Assembly (NCBI GenBank): GCA_002269645.1
Contig: NIVC01004547.1
Location: forward strand, 1-42,378
Length of the DNA: 42,378 nt
Direction: 5' to 3'
From: Macrostomum lignano
Lineage: Eukaryota
Part shown: positions 10,304 through 19,609 of the stretch, one piece after another
Layout: every line of letters starts with the position of its first letter
How positions within the stretch are numbered: position 1 is the stretch's first letter
Notes under the pieces: generated by a model
The model's input: only the letters and a program-made list of their open reading frames with translations
Databases searched by the model: none
What the model was told of the DNA's origin: nothing
Made by a program: the position numbers and the translations under genes

Positions 10304-10713
10304 CAGGGGTGTCGCCATGGATTTTTTGGTGGGGGGGGCACCAGACACTCATTTTGGCGCCGCAGGCACTCATTTTAGCGCCGCAGGCACTCATTTTAGC
10401 GCCGCAGGCACTCATTTTAGCGCCGCAGGCACTCATTTTAGCGCCGCAGGCACTCATTTTAGCGCCGCAGGCACTCATTTTAGCGCCGCAGGCACTCATT
10501 TTAGCGCCGCAGGCACTCATTTTAGCGCCGCAGGCACTCATTTTAGCACCGCAGGCACTATTTTTTTGCCAGCCTGACGCAAATTTATTGATTTCCATAA
10601 CGGGTCACATGGTGGGGGGGGGGGAGAAAGCATTGGCATGCCCCCCCAGATCTTTTACTGGGGGGGGGTAGGGGACACATGTCCCCCCTGTCCCCCCATT
10701 GGCGACGCCCCTG
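10304..10713. mobile_element. hAT-family MITE, 410 bp
   Basis: TIRs CAGGGGTGTCGCCA and TGGCGACGCCCCTG (14 bp, 1 mismatch). Perfect 8-bp TSD CGCGAGAT at 10296-10303 and 10714-10721. Subterminal GGGGACACATGTCCCC palindrome. Confidence 0.93.
10346..10555. repeat. 21-bp minisatellite (CACTCATTTTAGCGCCGCAGG) x10 inside the MITE
   Basis: Ten near-identical head-to-tail units with no spacers. Confidence 0.97.
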
Positions 10714-11179
10714 CGCGAGATAGCAATTAAATTAAAAGCGTTCTAACAAATCTGCAACCAAGGAACGAATTATTCTGTATATAACAATTTCCGGATCCAT
10801 GGCTATAATCAGAAGTTTCTACGAGTATTTTAAAAAAAATTTGGCTTCAATTAGTCCATCATTCGAGCGGTATTTTTGATAGAAAATGGATACTACACTA
10901 CAGATGCTAGGCTATAACTAGCTCAATATATAATGTGACTGAAATATTTCATGGACTTTTAATTTGCTTCCGCTGTCCCGATGTTATCTATGTAACAAAG
11001 CCGCAAGCTCAGGTATGGGCATGATTTAGTCTAGGGCACCGATAAGATGCAGTTTGCACGGCTGGAACAGGACCGCCTGGCTTAACCGAGTAAAGAATTC
11101 GGTAGTAACCAGTAAACAACTTGATAATTCTTGCCTTAGAAAATTGTTTAGCAGGCTGCATTAAAAACCGAAGTCGAAA

Positions 11180-14100
11180 ATGCGAGCCCGACTCCGCACG
11201 GTGACCGGTGCCGCTCAGGAGGTGGCTGGCATCACGAGAACTCACGGCTTGCTGCACATATTCCTGTCCAGAAGCACAGCTAGACGGCTCTTCTGGCTGC
11301 TTCTGTTCGTAGCTGCCCTGATCGGCTGCACCGTCCACCTGGCCAAGTTGGTGCAGAAGTTCACCGAGCACTCCGTTGAGTCGCAGCTGAAGCTGAGGAG
11401 CGAACAAGCCCAGTTTCCCGAGGTCACAATCTGCAACTTCAAGCCCCTTTCTGCAAGCGTAGGTCCTAATATTCTTGTAAGCAAATACTTTCCGACTTTC
11501 TGGGGCAATTTCGTCAACTGGTTCAAAGAGGACACCCCGAAGCGCCCGCAAGAATCGGATGAAAGCTATGAAAGCCGACTTGAGACGGTGTGCAAGAAGG
11601 TCCTAGACGTGATGTGGGTGTCGGACGACACCAGAGACATCTCCCACCTCGACGAGACCATGCTGCTGCGATGCCGCTACAACAACGAGCCATGCAGTCA
11701 CAAAAACTTTTCGCTTGTCCAGACGAGCCGGTTCTGGAACTGCTACACGTTCCACCCGGACCCAAAGCAGTCGTCCAGTGGTTCTGGGGGCAGAGGAGCC
11801 AAGTTGGACATGGTTCTCTTCACCGATGGATACATTGGCTCTTCTAGTTTTACCTACCATCGCAAATTTTCTAATGCTGTTTCAAAACTAGTATGTCTTG
11901 GTCGATTGGCTTTCAATATGATAGCTATAAGCCGGCTGCTGAACAACAACCAACCTCAGTCGAATGGATTGCGAATTTTCTTTCACGAAGCAAAAAGCTA
12001 CCCGTTGACTGGTACGTATTATTTAAAAAATAGATGTTTTGCCTAGTAAGGTTTTACTTTGCTTAGAGGGTTTATAATTGTCTTGATTTAGAACTGCAAT
12101 ACTTTCCAAATGCTCGAAAACTTCGAAGGTTCTATAAAAATGAACGATTCATCGAGCAAAAGATTCCAAATGCTCACTTTAGCTTTTATCGCTAAAACCT
12201 TTTACCCATGCTAAACTGCAGACGCCGAGTTCGTAGACGTGGCCTCAGCCAGAAGCACCTCCATCAAACTCAGGCCGATCCACAACCGGCTCGTATCGAC
12301 GCCGAGTCGCAGGTGTTCCGAGCCTCCTTTAGAAACCATCAACTACGTCAGATACTTCTCCAACGCCTCGACGAACGTTGTTAGCAAGGAGTACTTCAAA
12401 TCCATTTCAGATTTTGTATTCGAGGCACAGCAGAGCATCCTGCAAAGCAACTGCGGCTGCTACTCGCACCTGCTTCCGTTCTCGGTGAACACGAGCGACC
12501 TGTGTTACTTCGCTCCACCGCAGAATTAGATCACCCCATCAGATGCTGTGCTCAAAAGAATCAGCTGCCATGACCTCTGGTTTGAACACGCACAGAGGCG
12601 AGGTCAGGAGCTGGTGAAAGAGTTTCAGCACCGAATGCGGTGCGATTTTACCCAGCAACGGCCTTGGCAGCAGAGCCGCAGCTGGCCCCCGTTAAGCGCT
12701 ATTCAAGAGATCTCAGAAGAACTGATAGCGCCGCTGTTCAGACATGGAATGAAGTTCAGGCGGAGCAGGGATGGAAAATAACAGCACATGATAAAAAAAA
12801 TTCTACTTTTTTCCAGAAAGGAACATGTATTGTTGCATCTTCTTGATCAGGACTACTGGAATTGCACGGCTTGGTTCAGTTATAATAGAACTATTGATAA
12901 TACTAACACTTCCACACTCAACGAGCTTTTGGAAGAATACCTCGAGTCAGCACCGTACTGCCTTCAGCGTCGCTTATTGTCCAAAAACCTGGCAGCAGTC
13001 AGCATCAACTTGCAGAGTCCTGCGGCGGACGCTTACGAAGAGAAGTACAAATACCACTGGACTGAGGCTCTGTCGGAGGTGAGAGCTGCATTTCTGTTGC
13101 AATATTCCCGCAGGCTGCAGGTGACCAGACCCGCCTAGACCCACTAATTTTCATGCGAATTTTAAAAACGGCCTTAGCCCCTCCGTCCCGCCCTGGTTCC
13201 CTTAGCGACACTGAGCTGCTCCGCTCTGCCAATTCTTTTACCTCGTAAAATGCTAGCTAGCCCCATTACAAAGCTGCTTACATGTAGAAAGTATGTTGAG
13301 CAAACTGAGCTGCGCGAGCCTCAGAGCCGATTGGGTCGCGAGTCCTCCCAGTAAGCTACCGTCTTCCCATGGGTTCGCACCCGCTCCAACTGGCGTGAGC
13401 TACCGTCTTCCCATGGGTTCTCACCCGCTCCAACTGGCATGAGCTACCGTCTTCCCATGGGTTCTCACCCGCTCCAACTGGCATGAGCTACCGTCTTCCC
13501 ATGGGTTCTCACCCGCTCCAACTGGCATGAGCTACCGTCTTCCCATGGGTTCTCACCCGCTCCAACTGGCATGAGCTACCGTCTTCCCATGGGTTCTCAC
13601 CCGCTCCAACTGGCATGAGCTACCGTCTTCCCATGGGTTCTCACCCGCTCCAACTGGCATGAGCTACCGTCTTCCCATGGGTTCTCACCCGCTCCAACTG
13701 GCATGAGCTACCGTCTTCCCATGGGTTCTCACCCGCTCCAACTGGCATGAGCTACCGTCTTCCCATGGGTTCTCACCCGCTCCAACTGGCATGAGCTACC
13801 GTCTTCCCATGGGTTCTCACCCGCTCCAACTGGCATGAGCTACCGTCTTCCCATGGGTTCTCACCCGCTCCAATTGGCATGAGCTACCGTCTTCCCATGG
13901 GTTCTCACCCGTTCCAATTGGCATGAGCTACCATCGGGTGGCCATCTGCTTGCAGCTTACTCCTGAATGACTACGGAGTGACCGAACGCTTTGCAAGGTG
14001 CCGCCTCTTTGTCTCGGTGCTCAGTGCCCAGCTAACCAGTGCCCGAGCCCCACAGCAACACGGCAGCAGGAAGCTGCAGAGACCCCAAACCAGACATCTG

Positions 14101-14267
14101 CTCAAATTCGAGGACTTCTCCTCGAAATCCCGCAGATCGGTGGAGCTCTGGGACTTTGGCTCGGCATCAGCGTCGTGAGCACCTTCGAGCTGCTTGAGTT
14201 CATCTATATTCTGGTGCAGAGGTGCAGGAGAAACGATAGCGACTCGGATAGCGAAGAAGAGTCCTGA
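11180..14267 (+). pseudogene. DEG/ENaC (amiloride-sensitive/ASIC/FaNaC-like) channel subunit with two in-frame stops
   Basis: Exons approx. 11180-12011, 12222-13078 and 14136-14267, with GT-AG introns in phase. Motifs TRTHG, RRLFW (TM1), FPEVTICN, CYTF, CGC, SWP and ALSE|IGGALGLWLGISV (TM2). TAG at 12527-12529 and TAA at 12779-12781 interrupt one continuous frame. Confidence 0.9.
13353..13932. repeat. 44-bp minisatellite (GAGCTACCGTCTTCCCATGGGTTCTCACCCGCTCCAACTGGCAT), about 13 copies, in the last ENaC intron
   Basis: Near-identical tandem units with no spacers. Confidence 0.96.
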
Positions 14268-14876
14268 GTTCGAATCAGCAGCTAGCTCTCTGCATTGCGA
14301 TTCTGATCGTTCACTAGCTTTATTTTCACCGGCTGGTTTCTGACTTTACAGCGGCATTGCAAATGTCGTGCTGAGTTCGATGCCTTCAGCTCATCCTCGA
14401 TTTCATTTCAGAAGCGAAGATTGATAGAGAACTTTAGACGCATCGCTTCATCACTGCTCAATCTGTGAGAAATTCGTACCGCTCTGTTGACTGTTTCTAG
14501 CAATTCTTGATAAATCTCTGTATTTTACTGTCACAGCATGAAAAATCCCTGTAACTTACTGTAATTCACTGCAGTGATTTTTGTTCGAGTCCCGTCTGCA
14601 GCCTCTCTCAGGTGGGCACTGATGCAGCGCTCAGCTCTTCTGTGTCTTTTCAATATGGGGTCTAGTTTTTTTTAATATTAACAAGTGTGCAATAATTTTG
14701 ACTTTTTTTGTACCTCAAACTGCGAACCGATGTGTTGCGATCGCCAAAATACACCAACTCACTGCTAAATACTTTGCTACATCCTTTGTTTTGAATATTA
14801 AAAAAATTATACACCATTTTATTTTACAATTTTTAAACAAACTCGAACTCAATACAAACTGCTAAGACCTTCAATC

Positions 14877-15372
14877 CGCTGTGTCTGACCCTCAATCGGC
14901 TGTGTCTGACCCTCAATCCGCTGTGTCTGACCCTCAATCCGCTGTGTCTGACCCTCAATCCGTTGTGTCTGACTCCCAATCGGCTGTGTCTGACTCCCAA
15001 TCGGCTGTGTCTGACTCCCAATCGGCTGTGTCTGACCCTCAATCCGCTGTGTCTGACTCCCAATCGGCTGTGTCTGACCCTCAATCCGCTGTGTCTGACC
15101 CTCAATCCGCTGTGTCTGACCCTCAATCTGCTGTGTCTGACTCCCAATCGGCTGTGCTGACCCTCAATCCGTTGTGTCTCACCCTCAATCCGCTGTGTCT
15201 GACTCCCAATCGGCTGTGTCTGACCAGCAATCCGCTGTGTCTGACCCTCAATCCGTTGTGTCTGACCCTCAATCCGCTGTGTCTGACTCCCAATCGGCTG
15301 TGTCTGACTCCCAATCGGCTGTGTCTGACTCCCAATCGGCTGTGTCTGACCCTCAATCCGCTGTGTCTGACC
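14877..15372. repeat. 21-bp minisatellite (CTGTGTCTGACCCTCAATCCG / CTGTGTCTGACTCCCAATCGG variants), about 23 copies
   Basis: Tandem array with two interspersed variants. Confidence 0.95.
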
Positions 15373-15760
15373 TTCTATCCAGCAACAACACTTCGTGCTC
15401 ACCAATGCTAGACCTTATCAATCTTATCTGAGGTCACTGGGGAAACTATGTAGCTACCGGTAAGGCCATCAATTTCCACTTAGGCAAAATGGAATTCCCT
15501 ATTGGAAAATCTGGATGTTACAAATTTCACATCTTGAAATTGGTGAGTTGTTGAGAAATGAAATAAAAAAATGGCGAGTTCAAGTGTATAGTTTTCAATC
15601 AGTCAATCAATCACTAGTCAAGTGTTTGAGAAAATCGGATCAAGAGCACTCAATCAGAGACTTCATGACGATTTCTAATTTGTCGCCAATGATAAAAAGC
15701 GTGAAATATAAGCAGTGGCAGGGGGCCGCTTTCCAAACTGCAAATCTTCGCCGCATCGAG

Positions 15761-16786
15761 ATGGCCGAACCGCATCAGCAGATGCTGCTGTTCCTGCTTC
15801 TCGGGAGCCTGCTGCTTGTTCACGCTGAATGCCGCTCCGCCATAGCCAAATACGCTGTTGTCAGAGCTAGCCAGTGCCTGAACAAGTCAAAGTCGGTGTG
15901 GCAGATCAGCTCCGGGCGCTCCTCTTCAATGCTCGACTGCTTCATGTCGAGTCGGTCGTTCCGTCTCGGCAGCGTCGGCGTGGTGCAGCGGAACAAGCGA
16001 GACGCCTCGTGCACGCTGTTCCGCTTCGGTGAGGTCTGCCGCCTGCTCAACTTGAGCTCGATGACATCGACTGCCGGAGTGGCCCCTGAGAGCATCTGCG
16101 AGACCGTGGTGGATTCGGAGTACGACGTGATCGCTGCGAACGAGCACTTCAGCGCTGTGTGGGTCGGAGACAGGGGACCGGCGCTGGAGAACCTGGTGTG
16201 CAGCTCCGAGGGACAGAACAACCCCGTGAAGTCGCTCAATGTGACCTGGACGAGTGAGGGCGCTCGCATGGACGGAGTCTCGTCTCGGCTGTGGGTAAAC
16301 GACCCCACAGGTCTGGACTTCACGGCGTCCTACACCTGGGTGCCGCACCTGAAGAGAACTCCCGGAAGGCGGAGCTACATGTCATGGGGCACTTTTGACA
16401 GCGCCAGCAAAGAGGAAATTCAATTTTTTGAGAAGAAATCGCTAAATCTATGCTTAAAGTCAATTCCACCAACGAAAATTGTCTCCGGATCTCTCCTGCC
16501 CGCCAACCCTGACCGATTCTTCATTGTCGGTGTGGTCCGGGACACGGCCGCAGGCAGGATAAAATTCTTTGTCGATTCGGCTTTTCTGCGCGAGGAAACA
16601 AGTTTTGCTGCTTCAAATACGACTGCAAACAGTGGGAAGAGTTTCTGTTTGAAGATGGGCTGGCAGACTGTTTCTTCAGGCCGGAGCCTGTTGCTCAACG
16701 GAGTCATCCGGGCTGTCGCCGTGACAAGTCGGGTTCTGACTGAGGATCAGATCCGAATGCTTTTCCATGAGCAACTCGAATACTGA
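15761..16786 (+). CDS. Secreted protein, 341 aa, intronless: signal peptide, Cys-containing N-terminal module and C-terminal LamG/concanavalin A-like jelly-roll domain
   Basis: Hydrophobic leader MLLFLLLGSLLLVHA. LamG-like pattern MDGVSSRL...FTASYTWV...FIVGVVRD...IKFFVD...LNGVIRAVAVTSRVLTEDQI. N-glycosylation sequons NKS, NLS, NVT and NTT. Confidence 0.72.
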   Translation: MAEPHQQMLLFLLLGSLLLVHAECRSAIAKYAVVRASQCLNKSKSVWQISSGRSSSMLDCFMSSRSFRLGSVGVVQRNKRDASCTLFRFGEVCRLLNLSSMTSTAGVAPESICETVVDSEYDVIAANEHFSAVWVGDRGPALENLVCSSEGQNNPVKSLNVTWTSEGARMDGVSSRLWVNDPTGLDFTASYTWVPHLKRTPGRRSYMSWGTFDSASKEEIQFFEKKSLNLCLKSIPPTKIVSGSLLPANPDRFFIVGVVRDTAAGRIKFFVDSAFLREETSFAASNTTANSGKSFCLKMGWQTVSSGRSLLLNGVIRAVAVTSRVLTEDQIRMLFHEQLEY

Positions 16787-17170
16787 GTAAGGCACGGACG
16801 ACTCAAAGTGCGCCTAGAAGGCACCTGTTGTCAATGTTTCAAATCATCTTGCTTGTCAATCGACCCGAGTTGATGCACATGAAAACTGATAGAAACAAAA
16901 CATATTTCGCTTAATTATTCTTTATATAGCACATTGTCGTGTTTGTGGGATCAGAAAAACTCTATATGCTCTACTCTGCATATTACCTTTCGTAAAAAAT
17001 GCTAAAAAGTACACTTGAAACTTGACGCTTAAAAAAACTCCCTGCTTTAATGCACTCGATGGGTTTGCTTCACGCGAAATGACCAGAACTCATTAAATTA
17101 TTGCTAATATATATGCATAACGATAAGATCTTAAGATCGGCAATTCTCATTTTCATTCTTAGTGTAAATT

Positions 17171-17696
17171 GCTGAGGCCGATTCTCATGCACCCGATGGG
17201 CTGCTGAGGCCGATTCTCATGCACCCGATGGGCTGCTGAGGCCGATTCTCATGCACCCGATGGACTGCTGAGGCCGATTCTCATGCACCCGATGGACTGC
17301 TGAGGCCGATTCTCATGCACCCGATGGGCTGCTGAGGCCGATTCTCATGCACCCGATGGGCTGCTGAGGCCGATTCTCATGCACCCGATGGGTTGCTGAG
17401 GCCGATTCTCATGCACCCGATGGGCTGCTGAGGCCAATTCTCATGCACCCGATGGGCTGCTGAGGCCAATTCTCATGCACCCGATGGGCTGCTGAGGCCG
17501 ATTCTCATGCACCCGATGGGCTGCTGAGGCCGATTCTCATGCACCCGATTGACTGCTGAGACCGATTCTCATGCACCCGATTGACTGCTGAGGCCGATTC
17601 TCATACACCCGATGGGCTGCTGAGGCCGATTCTCATACACCCGATGGGCTGCTGAGGCCGATTCTCATGCACCCGATTGACTGTTGAGGCCGATTC
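17171..17696. repeat. 32-bp minisatellite (GCTGAGGCCGATTCTCATGCACCCGATGGGCT), about 16 copies
   Basis: Near-identical tandem units. Confidence 0.96.
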
Positions 17697-18132
17697 AATT
17701 TGAGAATCTGAATCCGTATCAGCTCGGCAGAAATGAGGGACATGTCCGTATAGCAGAGCATCCAGTGTCGAAGGATTGCCGTGAAACCGTCTCCGCCTGG
17801 CTTGGCGATGGTCTCGTGAACCGTCCTCCCTGCAGATCAACAAGTGGCTCCCAGTCGAGGGCTTTCAGCATTTCAATGAGCTGCTGCCCAGACTGGGTGT
17901 GGAGGGCCTGCTGGTCTTCAGGACTTGGTCCAACCTAGGCCAGATTTGGTCAGCCGAAAGTGGCATCTCCTGGCTTTGGATGATCAGAGCCGGCTTTCTC
18001 TTGGCCTCAGAGTCGGCAGATGAGGTGCCTTTCGATCTCTTCTGTGAAGTGATGCTACGGGCCTTTTTAGAGCTATGGGGCGCGCTACCCTGTTGTTCAG
18101 CCTATTCAGTGCTGTAAATATCAGGTTCTTAG

Positions 18133-18185
18133 AAGGGGTCGGCAAAATCTGGACCGCGGGCCACATGCGGTCTGCGAAGCCTCTC
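18133..18185 (+). mobile_element. Single terminus of a hAT-Charlie-like non-autonomous transposon
   Basis: AGGGGTCGGCAAA...CCGCGGGCCACATGCGG resembles Charlie-type left ends. No partner end or TSD was found. Confidence 0.4.
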
Positions 18186-18259
18186 CAACCGGTCCTGGGG
18201 TCCTTTGAAACTTTACAATAGCCAACCGGCCTGCTCGAGGTGTGTGTCTTTTTCAGCTC

Positions 18260-18446
18260 TCTTCTCTCCTTTAGTTTCTCTCCCCTCTCTCCTCTCTCAC
18301 TTCTCTCCCCTCTCCTACCTCCCCTCTCCTACCTCCCCTCTCCCCTCTTTTTCTCTCTCCTCTCTCTCCTCTCCTCTCTCCCCTCTTCCCTATCTTCCTG
18401 TCTCCCCTGTTCTCTCTCCCCTCTCCTTTCCCCCCTCTTTTCTCTT
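18260..18446. repeat. CT-rich low-complexity tract
   Basis: Degenerate (CT)n/CTCC runs. Confidence 0.9.
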
Positions 18447-18802
18447 TTTTATTAGAGGCAGGGGGGTTGTGTGCACCCAGGCACACTTTAAGCGACATAG
18501 GCACACAACCGGCGAGAGGCATTACTGCCCATTCCGCCGACTCCCCTGAGCAGGCACACAAGCGCGCGGATACGTACGCAGGCACACACTCACACAGGAG
18601 TGTACAGCGGCTCTAACTTTATTTTATCGTTAAGCATGTACACTTCACTGCGTCTTGGGGGTTGGCTCTCAAGGCCGTTAATTACACGAGCAGAGCCAAG
18701 CCGAGATTCCAATTTAGCCCCAAATTAATGTGACTGCACTTGGAATCGAGCCTGGGTCGCTGGCACACCAGAGCAGCTGCGCTACCGCTGGGCTACGGCC
18801 CC
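18447..18802 (-). mobile_element. tRNA-derived SINE, about 355 bp
   Basis: Minus strand starts GGGGCCGTAGCCCAGCGGTAGCGC (A box), has GGCTCGATTCC (B box) at tRNA spacing, then a unique body and an A-rich tail CTAATAAAAAA. Confidence 0.65.
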
Positions 18803-18990
18803 CCTCTCCCCCCTCTTGCCTCTCTTCTCTCCTCTCTCCCCTATCTCCTCTCTCGCTTCTCTCCCATCTCCTCTCTCCTCTCTCCCATCTCCTATCTCCT
18901 CTCTCCCCTACTCTCCCTCCCATCTCCCCTCTCTCCCATATCTCCCCTCTCCTTTCTCTCCTCTCCTCTCTCCCTTCTCCCTCCTCTATT
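18803..18990. repeat. CT-rich low-complexity tract
   Basis: Degenerate (CT)n/CTCC runs. Confidence 0.9.
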
Positions 18991-19205
18991 GCTCCTGGGA
19001 AGGCATAGAAGCTTTCCAGACTTTTAAATTTTGCTTGCAATTCTTTATTAATTAATCCATAGCTTCGAAAGCGGTTTTTACGACCTAATCCTTTCCTAAG
19101 CCTTTAGTTTATGGTCAGCAAGTGCATGTGCAAACGCAATCTTGCTCTATAAAATCATATTTAACTGCATGGCCTCAGATCTCAGATCTGATTCTCAAAA
19201 GCATC

Positions 19206-19508
19206 ATGAGACTCAATCTACTACAGCACTGCGTCTACCTCATTATGAACTTGTTCTCAGCAGCGATGATACTGACGGCATGTCCTGTTGGTATCCAATC
19301 CCTGCTGCTGATTAGGCACAGCTTGCCTTCGGCCTGCGTAGGGATGATCATGGCCATCGTCGGCCTGATGATTGCGGTGTCCTGCAGGGCCACGGCTCGC
19401 ATTGGCAAACGGCTCATTATCTACATGCCAGACAGGTATCTGGGGGAGCAGCGGAAGCAGACGGAGACACCCAGCGGGCGAAGCAGCACGAACAGCGACT
19501 TGCAATGA
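19206..19508 (+). CDS. Possible small membrane protein or terminal exon (100 aa, two hydrophobic segments)
   Basis: GC3-rich codons like neighbouring exons; two hydrophobic stretches and a polar tail. No recognisable family. Confidence 0.3.
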   Translation: MRLNLLQHCVYLIMNLFSAAMILTACPVGIQSLLLIRHSLPSACVGMIMAIVGLMIAVSCRATARIGKRLIIYMPDRYLGEQRKQTETPSGRSSTNSDLQ

Positions 19509-19609
19509 TAACTGTTCTATGTCTGTTTGCTTCCTACTAATTCGCTATGCCAGTACCTAGCAGATCTCAGGTATTCTGCTCACTTCGCTTTCCACCTCTC
19601 TTTCCGCTG

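Noticed and set aside
15515-15760. N-terminal 82 aa of the 423-aa ORF
   Set aside because: It starts at a non-ATG codon, is AT-rich and lies upstream of a good signal peptide; ATG 15761 is preferred.
17700-18120. GC-rich ORF-like segment
   Set aside because: Only short frames with no recognisable motifs or consistent splice sites.
18731-18802. Functional tRNA gene
   Set aside because: Acceptor, anticodon and T stems pair poorly and there is no clear anticodon; it fits a SINE head better.
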